A stretch of DNA of 64,000 nucleotides from Thermodesulfovibrionia bacterium (GCA_030646035.1 JAUSMY010000040.1:8081-72080); one strand, 5' to 3'. Counted from the stretch's first letter, positions 41,883 through 52,631 are shown. The notes: generated by a model from the letters alone, not told the origin. Made by a program: numbers and translations.

Positions 41883-42371
41883 TTAACGGCTGACTTCACC
41901 AATATAATCCGATCCCTCAAGCCGGGCGACTGCAGTAAGTTTTCCATTAATGAAAACCTGAACTGATGGTGTTGCAATGTTAATGCCGGCTGTTAAATTT
42001 CTTATGTCACGTCCTATGTTTTCAGCCATTTCCACAGCTTCAAGCTCAGACAGGGCAGGTGATAGATTGATCCGGCAGTTTTTTGGGTTGATTAGTAAAA
42101 CTGAAAATATCTTGCCTTGATATTTAGAGGTTAAACTGTCTGCTATTGCTTTCCAGTTATGTTCAGTAGTTTTTTGTGTTGTCTGCTCAGTATTTTTCTG
42201 CGCCATTTTTTCCTGACGCATTATTGATAACTTGGTCACTAACCACATCGCGCCTAACGATAATAGCCCCATTATTATTATGAAGACTATCAGGCATCGC
42301 CCTGCTCTTTTTTTAAGGGATATGTTTACCAAGGTCATCTTTCTCCGGTTCTGGAACATCTCTTCTGTCAT
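41883..42371 (-). CDS. membrane-anchored hypothetical protein
   Basis: 162-aa ORF with one TM helix (LIVFIIIMGLLSLGAMWLV); no recognised domain; start uncertain. Confidence 0.4.
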   Translation of the reverse strand: MTEEMFQNRRKMTLVNISLKKRAGRCLIVFIIIMGLLSLGAMWLVTKLSIMRQEKMAQKNTEQTTQKTTEHNWKAIADSLTSKYQGKIFSVLLINPKNCRINLSPALSELEAVEMAENIGRDIRNLTAGINIATPSVQVFINGKLTAVARLEGSDYIGEVSR

Positions 42372-42684
42372 TCTTTAGTCTTCTGATATGGTATCTTCGC
42401 TGATGTCCTTTATATCCAAGGTGGTGCGTGTGTCTTCGCCTGTCAACTAAAGTCCTCCTGACAAATTTGCGTTCAGCCGCATCTTCTTCCATTTCGCCTT
42501 GACGGCCAAACTCGTTATCGTTTTTATCATTATTAACCATCTGAAAGCCTCTGCGTAAATTCTATCACAACCTATACAGTTATAAAAGCGATATTGGATC
42601 AATTTTGCCGGCATCTGAAGTTTTTAAATTTTTGAATTGGCAATGAAAAGGTAAAATCTGGTAAAATCCTACTCACACTTAAAA

Positions 42685-42760
42685 GGCGACGTACCCAAGT
42701 GGCTAAGGGGGAGGTCTGCAAAACCTTTATTCAGCGGTTCGAATCCGCTCGTCGCCTCCA
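42685..42760 (+). tRNA. tRNA-Cys (anticodon GCA)
   Basis: Cloverleaf folded by hand: acceptor GGCGACG/CGTCGCC, anticodon stem-loop gaggt-cuGCAaa-acctt, T-arm AGCGGTTCGAATCCGCT, encoded CCA. Confidence 0.8.
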
Positions 42761-42774
42761 ATATTTTTGATTGT

Positions 42775-44886
42775 TTGCCCGAGTCTTTTAAGATAATATA
42801 TCTAATGCTACTTCCATCGGTCCGAAAGATTCCATATCTTCTTTTATCGCTCTTATCTATTTTGTGCTTTGCCCATATCTCTCATGCTTCATATTTTCAG
42901 CCTGATGAGGCCGAGGCTCAGATAAGAGAGGCGGCTGGATTCATAAGTTCAGGCAAACATGTAGAGGCAGAAACATCACTTCTTCAACTGATAGAAAGAT
43001 CTTCGCCGGATGCCAAGGCCTTTCTCCTGCTTGGAAGGCTTTACCTGATCAAAGGGGAAACCGTTAAGGCTGAACAATACCTGAAGAAGGCTGAAGAGGA
43101 GTATCCGCTTCTTAAGGATTATGCGTCAAAACTTCTTGCTGATACTTATCTCAAGAGCAGGGAATATGAAAAGGCCCTTGATGCGGCAGCCCAGATAAAG
43201 AACAGCCTTCTCAAGAAGGAAGTGATGCTTATCCGGATAAAATCCCTGCTTGTCTTAAAGAGGGATAATGATGCAAAGAAAGAGCTATATGAATTCATCA
43301 ATTTATATCCTCAGGAATGGGATTACAAATGGATGCTCGCATCACTGCTTAGAGGAAGAGGCGAAACAGAAGCTGCAGTAAAGATATATAAAGACATCTA
43401 CATAAGCGCGTCCCCGCTCTCTACGGATGCAAGTAAGGAACTGAAGCCTTTGAAGGCTGATATATTTACAAAGAGGGAGATATTAAAGAGGGCTGACAAC
43501 TTCTTTAAAAAAGGCGACTACAGGCTGGCCGAAGTTAACTACAATCATGCACTAAAAGGTTTTATTGATCCCATCAAAAAGAGAATAAAATATCAGATCG
43601 CTACGTGCCGTTTCAGGCTTAAGGATTATGATAAGTCAGCTGCTATCTTTGGCACGGTCGGTTCCGCAAGGGCAAAATACTGGCAGGCAAGGTCTCTTTA
43701 CAGGGCTGACAGGTTTGGGGAGTTTGTGCAGGTAGTAAATGAACTCCGGAAGAAGTACCCTAATGACAAATACTCTGCAATGGCTCTCTTTGTTTACGCC
43801 GACGACTTCAGGAGAAAGGGTGATGTGAATGCGGCTACAGAGATATTCAATAAAATAATAGAGAACTCACCGTCAGATGCAGAGGAGGCGTTGTGGGGGA
43901 TAGCGTGGATGAACTACACCGCCGGCAATTATGAGGCGGCCCTTGCAGGTTTTATCAGGCTCTCTGAATATAAGAAGAGCAAGGATTACAATAAGTACAT
44001 TTACTGGAAGGCAAGGAGCATTGACAAGCTCTCTGAGAACTGCCTTACTCATAAATCTGAAGGTGTAAATTGTCCTGCGTCCGGCAAGTATCTAATCAAA
44101 GACTTTGCCCCTGATAACAGTTATTACGGGCTGCTTCTAAGGTTGAATTACGGGATTGGAGAGATGCCTGAGAGGGCTGCTCCTTATATCCCTGAAAGGC
44201 CGGAGGGCGTGAGCTTCCAGAGAATAGATGCGCTTGCGCTTTTGGGGATGAAGGATGAGGCGGTGAATGAAATTGCCGCTGTTTTATCAAAATCTCTGGC
44301 TAACTCAGAACTGTTATATCTCGGGTACCTGGCCAAGAGCATTGATGAATATAAGAGCATTATCAGATTCGCAGAAGGGGCAGAGGGGAGAGATTTTCTC
44401 GTTCTGTCATATCCGCTTGCTTACTGGGATATAATAAGCAGTGTCTCTGAATCAAAAGGCATAGACCCTTATCTTGTTGAGGCTCTTATAAGGGAAGAGA
44501 GCAGATTTAATTCTGGTGTGATGTCCTGGGCCGGGGCATACGGCCTTATGCAACTTATGCCTGCCACCGCCGGCAGGCTCAAGTCAGATGCAGGCGTTGT
44601 TCTGAAAAATGAGTCAGACCTGTATGATGTTGAAAAAAATATTCTAATTGGAACACACTATCTGTCCTTACTTTTAAAAGAATTCAAGGTTCTGCCTTTT
44701 TCTATAGCCTCATATAACGCCGGCGAGAACGCGGTACGGGGATGGATGAAGAGGTATCAGGGGAGGCCTTCTGATGAGATCATAGAGGAGATCCCTTATG
44801 ATGAGACCAGAAATTACGTAAAAAAGGTTTTAAGGAGTTACTGGCGGTACAGGTTATTATACGGACTGAATATTGAGGGATATTGA
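42775..44886 (+). CDS. slt: soluble lytic murein transglycosylase with TPR-like superhelical domain
   Basis: 703-aa ORF with signal peptide; C-terminal SLT catalytic motif (EESRFNSGVMSWAGAYGLMQLMPATA). Confidence 0.85.
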   Translation: MPESFKIIYLMLLPSVRKIPYLLLSLLSILCFAHISHASYFQPDEAEAQIREAAGFISSGKHVEAETSLLQLIERSSPDAKAFLLLGRLYLIKGETVKAEQYLKKAEEEYPLLKDYASKLLADTYLKSREYEKALDAAAQIKNSLLKKEVMLIRIKSLLVLKRDNDAKKELYEFINLYPQEWDYKWMLASLLRGRGETEAAVKIYKDIYISASPLSTDASKELKPLKADIFTKREILKRADNFFKKGDYRLAEVNYNHALKGFIDPIKKRIKYQIATCRFRLKDYDKSAAIFGTVGSARAKYWQARSLYRADRFGEFVQVVNELRKKYPNDKYSAMALFVYADDFRRKGDVNAATEIFNKIIENSPSDAEEALWGIAWMNYTAGNYEAALAGFIRLSEYKKSKDYNKYIYWKARSIDKLSENCLTHKSEGVNCPASGKYLIKDFAPDNSYYGLLLRLNYGIGEMPERAAPYIPERPEGVSFQRIDALALLGMKDEAVNEIAAVLSKSLANSELLYLGYLAKSIDEYKSIIRFAEGAEGRDFLVLSYPLAYWDIISSVSESKGIDPYLVEALIREESRFNSGVMSWAGAYGLMQLMPATAGRLKSDAGVVLKNESDLYDVEKNILIGTHYLSLLLKEFKVLPFSIASYNAGENAVRGWMKRYQGRPSDEIIEEIPYDETRNYVKKVLRSYWRYRLLYGLNIEGY

Positions 44887-44940
44887 TTTTTGAGTATAAT
44901 TAAACAGATAGATTGAAGTGCTTTACTTTTAGGTTTAACT

Positions 44941-45270
44941 TTGATAACTTACAAACTGACAAAACAGGAAGTCTTTAATTTCTTAAGGGAGGATGATGTC
45001 TTGGATAAGATGAAGTTGCTTGAGGAGAAGATAACGCAGGTGATCATAAAGCTCAAATCTCTTTCAGATGAAAATAGTGTACTGAATTCCAGGGTGCAGG
45101 AACTCAATGAAGAGCTTGGGAAGAAGGATGAGCAGATCATATCATTTAAAAAAGAATTGGAGATCGCCAATAAACTCAAAGAAAACATTGACAAGCTCAA
45201 CAGCGAGCGTGACGCCGTTAAGTCTCAGATCGAGGGTTTAATAGGCGAGCTTGAATCTATAGAGCTGTAG
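44941..45270 (+). CDS. coiled-coil protein, possible ZapB-like cell-division factor
   Basis: 109-aa ORF, almost entirely heptad coiled coil; directly upstream of zapA; start uncertain. Confidence 0.45.
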   Translation: MITYKLTKQEVFNFLREDDVLDKMKLLEEKITQVIIKLKSLSDENSVLNSRVQELNEELGKKDEQIISFKKELEIANKLKENIDKLNSERDAVKSQIEGLIGELESIEL

Positions 45271-45281
45271 GGGATTATTCT

Positions 45282-45551
45282 ATGCGATCAATAGAGGTGC
45301 AGATCCTTGGACAGAACTACTCAATAAAGACAGATGAGGATGAGGCTTATATTAAAAAGCTGTCCCAATATGTTGACAGTAAATTAAAAGAGGTCTATAG
45401 CGCAGCTCCAAACTCTAATCATGTAAAGGTGGCGATCATGGCTGCATTAGGCATAGCTGATGAACTCTTTAAAACCAGGGATGAGCTGGAATCCTTTGAC
45501 AAAATTATTGAGGAGAAGACAAGGGTCTTGTCGAGCCTGCTTGAAAAGTAG
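45282..45551 (+). CDS. zapA: cell division protein ZapA
   Basis: 89-aa ORF; VQILGQNYSIK N-terminal strand and helical C-terminus typical of ZapA. Confidence 0.75.
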   Translation: MRSIEVQILGQNYSIKTDEDEAYIKKLSQYVDSKLKEVYSAAPNSNHVKVAIMAALGIADELFKTRDELESFDKIIEEKTRVLSSLLEK

Positions 45552-45603
45552 TCATGATCCCTTAGGCTGCCTTGAATGTACCCCTTTTTTTGTAAAGTGA
45601 ATA

Positions 45604-47103
45604 ATGGAAGAACATAACGTATTAATACAGGAGAGGCTCAAGAAGCTTCAAAAGCTTAAGGATTCCGGCATAGATCCTTACGGAGGCCCTTTTTCCGTAA
45701 AGGACAAGTCTGATGATATTCATTCACACCATGCCGGCAAGAGCAAGGATGAACTTCTTCAGGATGAGATCAATTGCACTATAGCAGGCCGCATCGTGGC
45801 ATACAGGGGATTCGGCAAGGCTGCCTTTGCCCATATTCAGGATGCGACCGGAAGGATACAAGTCTATTTCAAGAAGGAGATCCTGGGTGAAAGCTATGAT
45901 CTGCTGAAGGATATGGACATTGGTGACATAACGGGTTTAAGCGGGATCCTCTTTAAAACGAAGACTGATGAACTGACTATAGAGGTCAGGAGCTTTTCAA
46001 TTCTCTGCAAATCACTTCGCCCTTTGCCTGAAAAATGGCATGGGCTTAAAGATATTGAGATAAGGTACAGGCAGCGTTATGTTGACCTTATCGTTAACCC
46101 CGCTGTGAAGGAAGTCTTTATAAAGCGCAGCATGCTGATAAAGGCTCTCAGGGATTTTTTTGATTCCAGGGATTTCATAGAGGTTGAGACCCCGATGATG
46201 CATCAGATCCCCGGAGGGGCTGCTGCAAATCCATTCATCACCCATCATAAGGCCCTGGGTATAGACCTTTACCTTAGGATAGCTCCTGAGCTTTATCTCA
46301 AGAGGCTCCTTGTCGGCGGATATGACAGGGTATATGAGATTAACAAGAACTTCAGGAACGAGGGCATCTCAAAAAAGCATAACCCTGAATTCACAATGCT
46401 TGAGTTTTATATATCTTATGTTGATTACAGATATCTTATGGATCTTACCGAAGAGCTGATCGCTCTCCTGTGCGAAAAGGTCGCAGGGAGTTTAAAGGTG
46501 CCGCATGGAGAGGACGGGCAGGAGACGATAGACTTTACGCCTCCGTGGCCGAGGCTGACCATTATGGAGGCGATGGAGAAGGAAGGCGTAGATCGTGCCG
46601 TATTCAGTAACATAGCGAAAGCCAGAGCTTTTGCATCTGCAAATAATATCGGTTTTGACAAGAATGCCTCACATGGAAAGATACTGGATGAGATATTCAA
46701 AGAGAAGGTTGAGTGGAAGCTGATCCAGCCGACATTTATAACAGATTATCCTGTTGAACTGTCACCGCTTGCAAAGAGAAAGAAAGAGAACCCCGAACTT
46801 GTCGAGAGGTTTGAGCTCTTTGTTGCCGGCAGGGAGATAGCAAATGCCTTTTCCGAGCTCAATGACCCGGCAGACCAGAAGCAGAGGTTCCTTGAGCAGG
46901 TTGAGGCAAGAGAGAAGGGCGATGATGAGGCCAGCCATATGGATGAGGATTTTGTAAGGGCGTTGGAATACGGCATGCCTCCTGCCGCAGGAGAGGGAAT
47001 TGGAATCGACAGGCTTCTCATGGTGCTGACAAATTCTCAGTCGATCAGGGACGTTATTCTATTCCCGCAGATGAAACCGGAACAGCAGCAAGGCCAAGAA
47101 TAA
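45604..47103 (+). CDS. lysS: lysine--tRNA ligase (class II)
   Basis: 499-aa ORF; N-terminal OB anticodon-binding domain and class II motifs (FRNEG, GGAAA, GIGIDRL). Confidence 0.95.
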   Translation: MEEHNVLIQERLKKLQKLKDSGIDPYGGPFSVKDKSDDIHSHHAGKSKDELLQDEINCTIAGRIVAYRGFGKAAFAHIQDATGRIQVYFKKEILGESYDLLKDMDIGDITGLSGILFKTKTDELTIEVRSFSILCKSLRPLPEKWHGLKDIEIRYRQRYVDLIVNPAVKEVFIKRSMLIKALRDFFDSRDFIEVETPMMHQIPGGAAANPFITHHKALGIDLYLRIAPELYLKRLLVGGYDRVYEINKNFRNEGISKKHNPEFTMLEFYISYVDYRYLMDLTEELIALLCEKVAGSLKVPHGEDGQETIDFTPPWPRLTIMEAMEKEGVDRAVFSNIAKARAFASANNIGFDKNASHGKILDEIFKEKVEWKLIQPTFITDYPVELSPLAKRKKENPELVERFELFVAGREIANAFSELNDPADQKQRFLEQVEAREKGDDEASHMDEDFVRALEYGMPPAAGEGIGIDRLLMVLTNSQSIRDVILFPQMKPEQQQGQE

Positions 47104-47128
47104 AAAATAAGATTTTAATTTATATTTT

Positions 47129-48397
47129 ATGAACCTTCCTTATCAATTCTTCATAGCGCTCCGCTACTTCAGAAGCAAGAAAAAGAGCAGAGGGATATCC
47201 TTGAACACTTTGATATCTATCGGAGGCGTTGCGTTAGGCGTAATGGCTCTGATAATCGTACTTGCCGTAATGGAGGGATTTCAGAAGGATCTACAGGAAA
47301 AGATCCTCGGGGTCAATGCGCATATAGTTGTTCAGAGTTATGAAGGCAGGATATCTGATCATGATTCCATGATGAAGACCATAAGTGCTGAAAAAGATGT
47401 CCTGTCATCTTCCCCGTATATTTACGGCCAGGTCATGTTACGGTCTGGCGACAGGGTGAACGGTGTTATCTTAAAGGGCATTGATCCGGCGCTTGAGGCG
47501 AAGACAACGGATGTGCTGAACAGCCTTAAGGAAGGCAGTTTAGCCGGCCTTAAGGAAGGCAGGGATGTTCCTGAGATAATAATAGGCATGGAGCTTCTCA
47601 GGACACTTGGAGCATTTGTAGGCGATGAGATAGAGATGATATCGCCTGTAAGTGAGGTCGGGCCGCTCGGTATGATCCCCAAGATGAAGAAGTTCCGTAT
47701 CGGTGGTGCCTTCAGAGTCGGTATGTATGAGTATGATTCAGGCCTTGCTTTTATTAATATCAAAGATGCGCAGAAATTTCTCAACTATGGAAGTTCTGTT
47801 ACGGGAATCGAGGTTCGTGTAAATGACATTTACAAAGCTGAAGCCATATCGGAAAGAATCGGCGATGCTCTCAATAATGGAGCAAAAGTGAATAGCGATG
47901 AAAAGATACCTACAATAAAGTATTACGCCTGGGACTGGATACGTATGAACAGGAACCTCTTTTCCGCCCTGAAGCTTGAGAAGATAGTAATGTTCATAAT
48001 CCTGACACTCGTAATACTTGTCGCATCCTTTAATATCGTCAGCAATCTGATAATGATCGTCATTGAAAAGTCGCGAGAGATAGCTATTCTAAAAGCTGTA
48101 GGCGCTACATCCGGCGGGATTATGTCTATCTTCATGATCCACGGCCTGATTATTGGTGTCCTGGGTACGGCCTTTGGTGTTGCCGGAGGATATATTGTTT
48201 GCCAGCTGCTTAAGACCTACAAGTTCATAAGCCTGCCTGCAGATGTCTACTATCTCAGCTATCTTCCTGTGAGGATAGACTTGTTTGATTTTCTTATTGT
48301 GCCTGCTGCTGCGATTCTGATAAGTTTTCTTGCGACTATTTATCCTTCTTGGCAGGCAGCAAAGCTTCACCCTGTAGAACCGCTCAGGTATGAATAA
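47129..48397 (+). CDS. lipoprotein-releasing system permease (LolC/LolE, FtsX-like)
   Basis: 422-aa ORF; N-terminal TM helix, large periplasmic domain, C-terminal FtsX-type TM bundle. Confidence 0.85.
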   Translation: MNLPYQFFIALRYFRSKKKSRGISLNTLISIGGVALGVMALIIVLAVMEGFQKDLQEKILGVNAHIVVQSYEGRISDHDSMMKTISAEKDVLSSSPYIYGQVMLRSGDRVNGVILKGIDPALEAKTTDVLNSLKEGSLAGLKEGRDVPEIIIGMELLRTLGAFVGDEIEMISPVSEVGPLGMIPKMKKFRIGGAFRVGMYEYDSGLAFINIKDAQKFLNYGSSVTGIEVRVNDIYKAEAISERIGDALNNGAKVNSDEKIPTIKYYAWDWIRMNRNLFSALKLEKIVMFIILTLVILVASFNIVSNLIMIVIEKSREIAILKAVGATSGGIMSIFMIHGLIIGVLGTAFGVAGGYIVCQLLKTYKFISLPADVYYLSYLPVRIDLFDFLIVPAAAILISFLATIYPSWQAAKLHPVEPLRYE

Positions 48398-48417
48398 AGA
48401 TTTAAAGGAGGCAGCAA

Positions 48418-48594
48418 TTGAGAATATTGATCAATGTCGGCCTGTTTATTTTTTTTCTGCTTGCAGTATGCGCTGTTATAGCTTTTTGGAAGGGCGGTGA
48501 TCCTTTCAGATGGCTTGGAGAAAACATCATAGTTTTAGGGAAATCGATTATAAGCATCGGAGACAGTGTTGATGAGTTTCTGCATAGAAGATAA
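48418..48594 (+). CDS. small hydrophobic ORF (58 aa, TTG start) between lol permease and ATPase genes
   Basis: Hand-translated: (M)RILINVGLFIFFLLAVCAVIAFWKGGDPFRWLGENIIVLGKSIISIGDSVDEFLHRR; AAGGAGG RBS at 48405-48411, 6 nt before TTG; one predicted TM helix; below track cutoff. Confidence 0.35.
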   Translation: MRILINVGLFIFFLLAVCAVIAFWKGGDPFRWLGENIIVLGKSIISIGDSVDEFLHRR

Positions 48595-48612
48595 TAGATC
48601 CTGAATAGAGGG

Positions 48613-49293
48613 ATGAAAATGGCTGTTGAACCACTGATAAAGATAAAAAACATATCAAAAACATTTTCCGCGCCGGGCGGAGACCTGACTGTTTTAAAGG
48701 ATGTCAGCTTTGAAGTTAAGCAAGGCGAGATGACCGCTATAATGGGTCCTTCAGGCGCTGGCAAGAGTACACTTCTTCATATACTCGGTGCGTTGGACAG
48801 GCCTACTTCAGGGAGCCTGCATTTCGAAGGCGCTGACATGCTTTCACTTTCAAATGATGCATTAGCTCATTTTAGGAATAAAACAGTCGGTTTTGTCTTT
48901 CAGTTTCACCATCTCCTGCCGGAGTTTAACAGTATTGAAAATGTAATAATGCCGGCGCTGATCGCAGGGCTTAATCGTGAAGCAGCAAGGGTGAAAGCTG
49001 AGGAGGTTTTACGATCCCTGGGCCTCTCAAAAAGGCTGCTTCATAAACCTGGAGAGCTGTCTGGTGGAGAGCAGCAGAGAGTCGCAGTTGCAAGAGCGCT
49101 TATGCTTGACCCTAAGGTTGTTCTTGCCGATGAGCCGACAGGCAATCTCGACACTCAGACCGGTGAGGAGTTGTTCAATCTCTTGATTGAACTTAACAAA
49201 AAAGGCATTACGTTCATCATTGTTACCCATAATGAGATCCTTGCATCAAGATGCGGAAGGATCATCAGTATGTGTGACGGCGTTGTTGTTTAA
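48613..49293 (+). CDS. lolD: lipoprotein-releasing system ATP-binding protein
   Basis: 226-aa ORF; Walker A GPSGAGKST, ABC signature LSGGEQQRVAVARAL, Walker B VVLADEPT. Confidence 0.9.
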   Translation: MKMAVEPLIKIKNISKTFSAPGGDLTVLKDVSFEVKQGEMTAIMGPSGAGKSTLLHILGALDRPTSGSLHFEGADMLSLSNDALAHFRNKTVGFVFQFHHLLPEFNSIENVIMPALIAGLNREAARVKAEEVLRSLGLSKRLLHKPGELSGGEQQRVAVARALMLDPKVVLADEPTGNLDTQTGEELFNLLIELNKKGITFIIVTHNEILASRCGRIISMCDGVVV

Positions 49294-49443
49294 TAGTTAT
49301 TCCGGATTATCTTCTGCCCTGATATTTTCATCTGCTTTTATCTGTAATTATGCCGTAATTATAAATAAAGCTTGACAAAAAAGATTATTTATAATTCAAT
49401 GTTTAGTATATATGTATATATATAAGCCATATATCTATAATAA

Positions 49444-49923
49444 TTGGCATTAATTATGATCCTTTATCTTGTGCGTCATGGAGATGCAAAAAACAAAAAT
49501 GAAGATCCCTCAAGGGGACTTTCAGATAACGGGATTGCGGATATTAAGAGGGTTGCAGGGCATCTTGCCGGTTTAAATGTGAGAGTGGAGAGGATATTTC
49601 ACAGCGGTAAATTAAGGGCGACGCAGACTGCTCAGATAATGGCAGATGCTGTCGGGACCGATTATCCCATCACTGAAACAGACGGGCTTGCCCCGATGGA
49701 TGACCCGGGGATATGGTATGAACGCATATGCGAGATGAATTACGACGCTATGCTTGTAGGACACCTTCCATATTTAAGTATTCTTTCTGCCTTACTTCTT
49801 TCCCGTACTCAGGATAATAGATTTGTTGAATTTGAGACCGGCGGGGTTGCCTGTTTTGAAAGGGCGAAAGACTGCAGGTGGGAGCTGAAGTGGAAGACAG
49901 GCCCGGAGAGTATACAGAAGTGA
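49444..49923 (+). CDS. sixA: phosphohistidine phosphatase SixA family
   Basis: 159-aa ORF; histidine-phosphatase RHG motif (LYLVRHGDA); true start may be the Met 4 codons downstream. Confidence 0.7.
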   Translation: MALIMILYLVRHGDAKNKNEDPSRGLSDNGIADIKRVAGHLAGLNVRVERIFHSGKLRATQTAQIMADAVGTDYPITETDGLAPMDDPGIWYERICEMNYDAMLVGHLPYLSILSALLLSRTQDNRFVEFETGGVACFERAKDCRWELKWKTGPESIQK

Positions 49924-49941
49924 TGGTAATAGGAGATTATT

Positions 49942-51261
49942 GTGGTTGATGTTATGTTAGTGATTATATTAATTCTGGTTCTTGTTGCTGTTGGTCAGCT
50001 TACAATGATTCTGAATCGAAGTTCAAAAATTGATTTATCTCAGCTTGAATCCCATATTGCTTCCTTTGAGAGGAACCAGGAAAGGACCGAAAGGGCATTA
50101 AGAGAAGAGGTCGCTCTAAATAGAGAAGAAACGTCAAAGAGTTCAAGAAATCTCAGGGAAGAAATGGTCAACAGTATGACAAAAATATCCAATGTTCAGC
50201 AAGAGCAGTTTGATAGTTTTTCAAAAAAACTCGATACATTGACACAAAGTAATGAGCAGAAGCTAGATAAAATGAGAGAAACTGTTGAAGGCAGGCTGAA
50301 ACTTCTTCAGGATGATAACACAAAGAAACTAGACCAAATGAGAGAAACTGTTGATGAAAAACTCCATGCTACTCTTGAAAAACGATTAGGGGAATCTTTT
50401 AAGCATGTGAGCGACAGGCTTGAAAAAGTTCATCAGGGACTTGGTGAGATGCAAACATTGGCTGCCGGAGTAGGAGACCTTAAGAAAGTTCTGACAAATG
50501 TGAAAACAAGAGGGACTTGGGGTGAAATTCAGCTTGGTGCTCTATTGGAACAAGTATTATCCGGTGAACAATATGAAAAAAACGTCGTCACAAAAAAAGG
50601 AAGTAATGACAGAGTTGAATTTGCTATTAAGCTGCCCGGGCATGATGATAAAGATGACCAGCCGGTTTGGTTGCCTATTGATGCAAAATTTCCTCGTGAA
50701 GACTATGAAAGACTTGTTGAAGCACAGGAGAAGGCTGATGCCGGGCTTGCAGAAGATGCAGCAAAACAACTGGAGGTCAGGATTAAATCAAGTGCTAAAG
50801 AGATTAAAGATAAATACCTTGATCCTCCTCATACTACAGATTTTGGCATTATGTTTTTGCCGACAGAGGGCTTGTTTGCTGAGGTTATAAAAAGACCAGG
50901 TCTTTCCGATTTTTTACAGAGAGAATACCGGATATCAGTTACCGGCCCCACAACTTTAGCCGCTTTATTGAACAGCCTTCAAATGGGGTTTAGGACACTT
51001 ACTATTGAAAAGCGTTCAAGTGAAGTTTGGTCTTTGCTTGGAGCTGTAAAAACAGAATTTGGGAAGTTCGGCACTATTCTTGATAAAACCCAGAAAAAAC
51101 TTCAAGAAGCCAGCAATACAATAGAAGATGCTGCAAAAAAATCTCGCACTATTGAGAGAAAATTAAAAAATGTACAGGAACTTCCTTCGCAAGAACCTTC
51201 ATTAATCACTGATGAAATATCAGATAATGATGAAGCCGAAAATGATGGGGTAATTACATAG
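49942..51261 (+). CDS. rmuC: DNA recombination protein RmuC
   Basis: 439-aa ORF; N-terminal TM helix, long coiled coil, C-terminal RmuC domain. Confidence 0.8.
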   Translation: MVDVMLVIILILVLVAVGQLTMILNRSSKIDLSQLESHIASFERNQERTERALREEVALNREETSKSSRNLREEMVNSMTKISNVQQEQFDSFSKKLDTLTQSNEQKLDKMRETVEGRLKLLQDDNTKKLDQMRETVDEKLHATLEKRLGESFKHVSDRLEKVHQGLGEMQTLAAGVGDLKKVLTNVKTRGTWGEIQLGALLEQVLSGEQYEKNVVTKKGSNDRVEFAIKLPGHDDKDDQPVWLPIDAKFPREDYERLVEAQEKADAGLAEDAAKQLEVRIKSSAKEIKDKYLDPPHTTDFGIMFLPTEGLFAEVIKRPGLSDFLQREYRISVTGPTTLAALLNSLQMGFRTLTIEKRSSEVWSLLGAVKTEFGKFGTILDKTQKKLQEASNTIEDAAKKSRTIERKLKNVQELPSQEPSLITDEISDNDEAENDGVIT

Positions 51262-51293
51262 TCGCAAACCTTAATTAAACAAAGGAGGGCATC

Positions 51294-51572
51294 ATGTCGG
51301 AGAAACTGAGTCATGAAGAGTTTATCAGAAAGGCTATTGTAAGTTTAAGAAAGGAGGGCTACAAGGGTATACACACTGTGTACTCAGGTTTCAACAACGC
51401 TTTCAAGAAGTATTTTGAGGGAGCCAATCCTGTTGAGGAGACCAATAAACTTGCAAAGGAAGGGAAGCTCGTTATCAGGCCTGTTAAGGGCGGAGTAATG
51501 CTGTATCTGCCTGAAGATGTTACGCCTACAAAGGACATCGGTGATGAGGCGCTCAAAAAGATGGGACTTTAG
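51294..51572 (+). CDS. hypothetical small protein
   Basis: 92-aa ORF with RBS aaggagg upstream; no recognised motif. Confidence 0.4.
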   Translation: MSEKLSHEEFIRKAIVSLRKEGYKGIHTVYSGFNNAFKKYFEGANPVEETNKLAKEGKLVIRPVKGGVMLYLPEDVTPTKDIGDEALKKMGL

Positions 51573-51578
51573 TCTAAT

Positions 51579-52604
51579 ATGTCTATCCGCCAGCAGACAG
51601 AAGATATAGAGAAACAAGTCCTCCATCCAAAGGCCATGCTGAGTTCAAAGAGCAGGGGGAGGAAGAAGAAAGAGAGAGAAGGCGAGATCAGAACATGCTT
51701 TCAGCGGGACAGGGATAGGATAATCCACTGCAAGTCATTCAGAAGGCTGAAGCACAAGACGCAGGTCTTTCTCGCTCCAAGAGGCGACCACTACAGGACA
51801 CGCCTTACTCACACGCTTGAAGTTTCTCAGATAGCCCGGACAATTGCCAGAGCCCTCAGGCTCAATGAAGACTTGACTGAAGCGATAGCGCTTGGGCACG
51901 ATCTTGGGCACACTCCTTTCGGGCATGCAGGTGAGGATGTGCTGCGTGAAATATATCCCGGTGGGTTCAAACATTACAAACAGAGCCTCAGGGTTGTTGA
52001 TGTTCTTGAACGCAACGGGCAGGGACTAAATCTTACATATGAAGTCAGGGACGGAATAGTAAAGCACTCAAAGGGGATGGGGGATATATTCTCACCTGGC
52101 AGTAAAAGCACACTTGAAGGCCAGATAGTCAGGGTATCGGATATAATTGCATATGTTAACCATGACCTTGATGATGCTGTCAGGGCCGGTGTCTTGAAAC
52201 GTTCCAGCATTCCTTCAAGCTTTCTGAAGATAGGCGATACACAGGCAAAAAGGATCGATACCATGGTGAAGGATCTGATTTACTCATCGCTTGATTCAGG
52301 TCTTGAATGTATTGAGATGAGTCCGGGAATCAAGAAGGTCACTTATGAATTAAGAGATTTTTTATATGAAAATGTTTATGAAGGGGCGATAGCAAAAAAG
52401 GAGTTCAAAAAGGCGCGGAAGATACTGCTTGACCTTTACGAGTATTACATTGAGCATACAGAAGAGGTCTTTAATGAATATCCAAAAGATATGACCAGGA
52501 ATAAGAAGAGAATGGTCTGTGACTTTATAGCCGGGATGACTGACAGGTTTGCCCTGATGATGTATGAGCGGCACTTTATGCCGCAGCCGTGGATGGTCTT
52601 TTAA
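51579..52604 (+). CDS. dgt: dGTP triphosphohydrolase-like HD-domain phosphohydrolase
   Basis: 341-aa ORF; HD motif region ([13 protein letters not shown]...[15 protein letters not shown]). Confidence 0.85.
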   Translation: MSIRQQTEDIEKQVLHPKAMLSSKSRGRKKKEREGEIRTCFQRDRDRIIHCKSFRRLKHKTQVFLAPRGDHYRTRLTHTLEVSQIARTIARALRLNEDLTEAIALGHDLGHTPFGHAGEDVLREIYPGGFKHYKQSLRVVDVLERNGQGLNLTYEVRDGIVKHSKGMGDIFSPGSKSTLEGQIVRVSDIIAYVNHDLDDAVRAGVLKRSSIPSSFLKIGDTQAKRIDTMVKDLIYSSLDSGLECIEMSPGIKKVTYELRDFLYENVYEGAIAKKEFKKARKILLDLYEYYIEHTEEVFNEYPKDMTRNKKRMVCDFIAGMTDRFALMMYERHFMPQPWMVF

Positions 52605-52631
52605 TATGCCTGTTACTTAAACCCGATTGTC

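Noticed and set aside
42313-42540. 75-aa Arg/His-rich ORF on the minus strand upstream of the 41883..42371 ORF
   Set aside because: Highly basic low-complexity translation that overlaps the neighbouring ORF; could be a real small nucleic-acid-binding protein but support is insufficient to call.
42620-42684. Possible promoter upstream of tRNA-Cys (TTGGCA ... TGGTAAAAT)
   Set aside because: Spacer of 19 nt and imperfect hexamers; plausible but not distinguishable from chance in AT-rich DNA without TSS data.
49371-49440. Promoter-like TTGACA and (TA)-rich tract upstream of sixA
   Set aside because: The best TTGACA/TATAAT pair has a 12-nt spacer, too short for sigma70; the TA-rich stretch is probably generic AT-rich upstream DNA.
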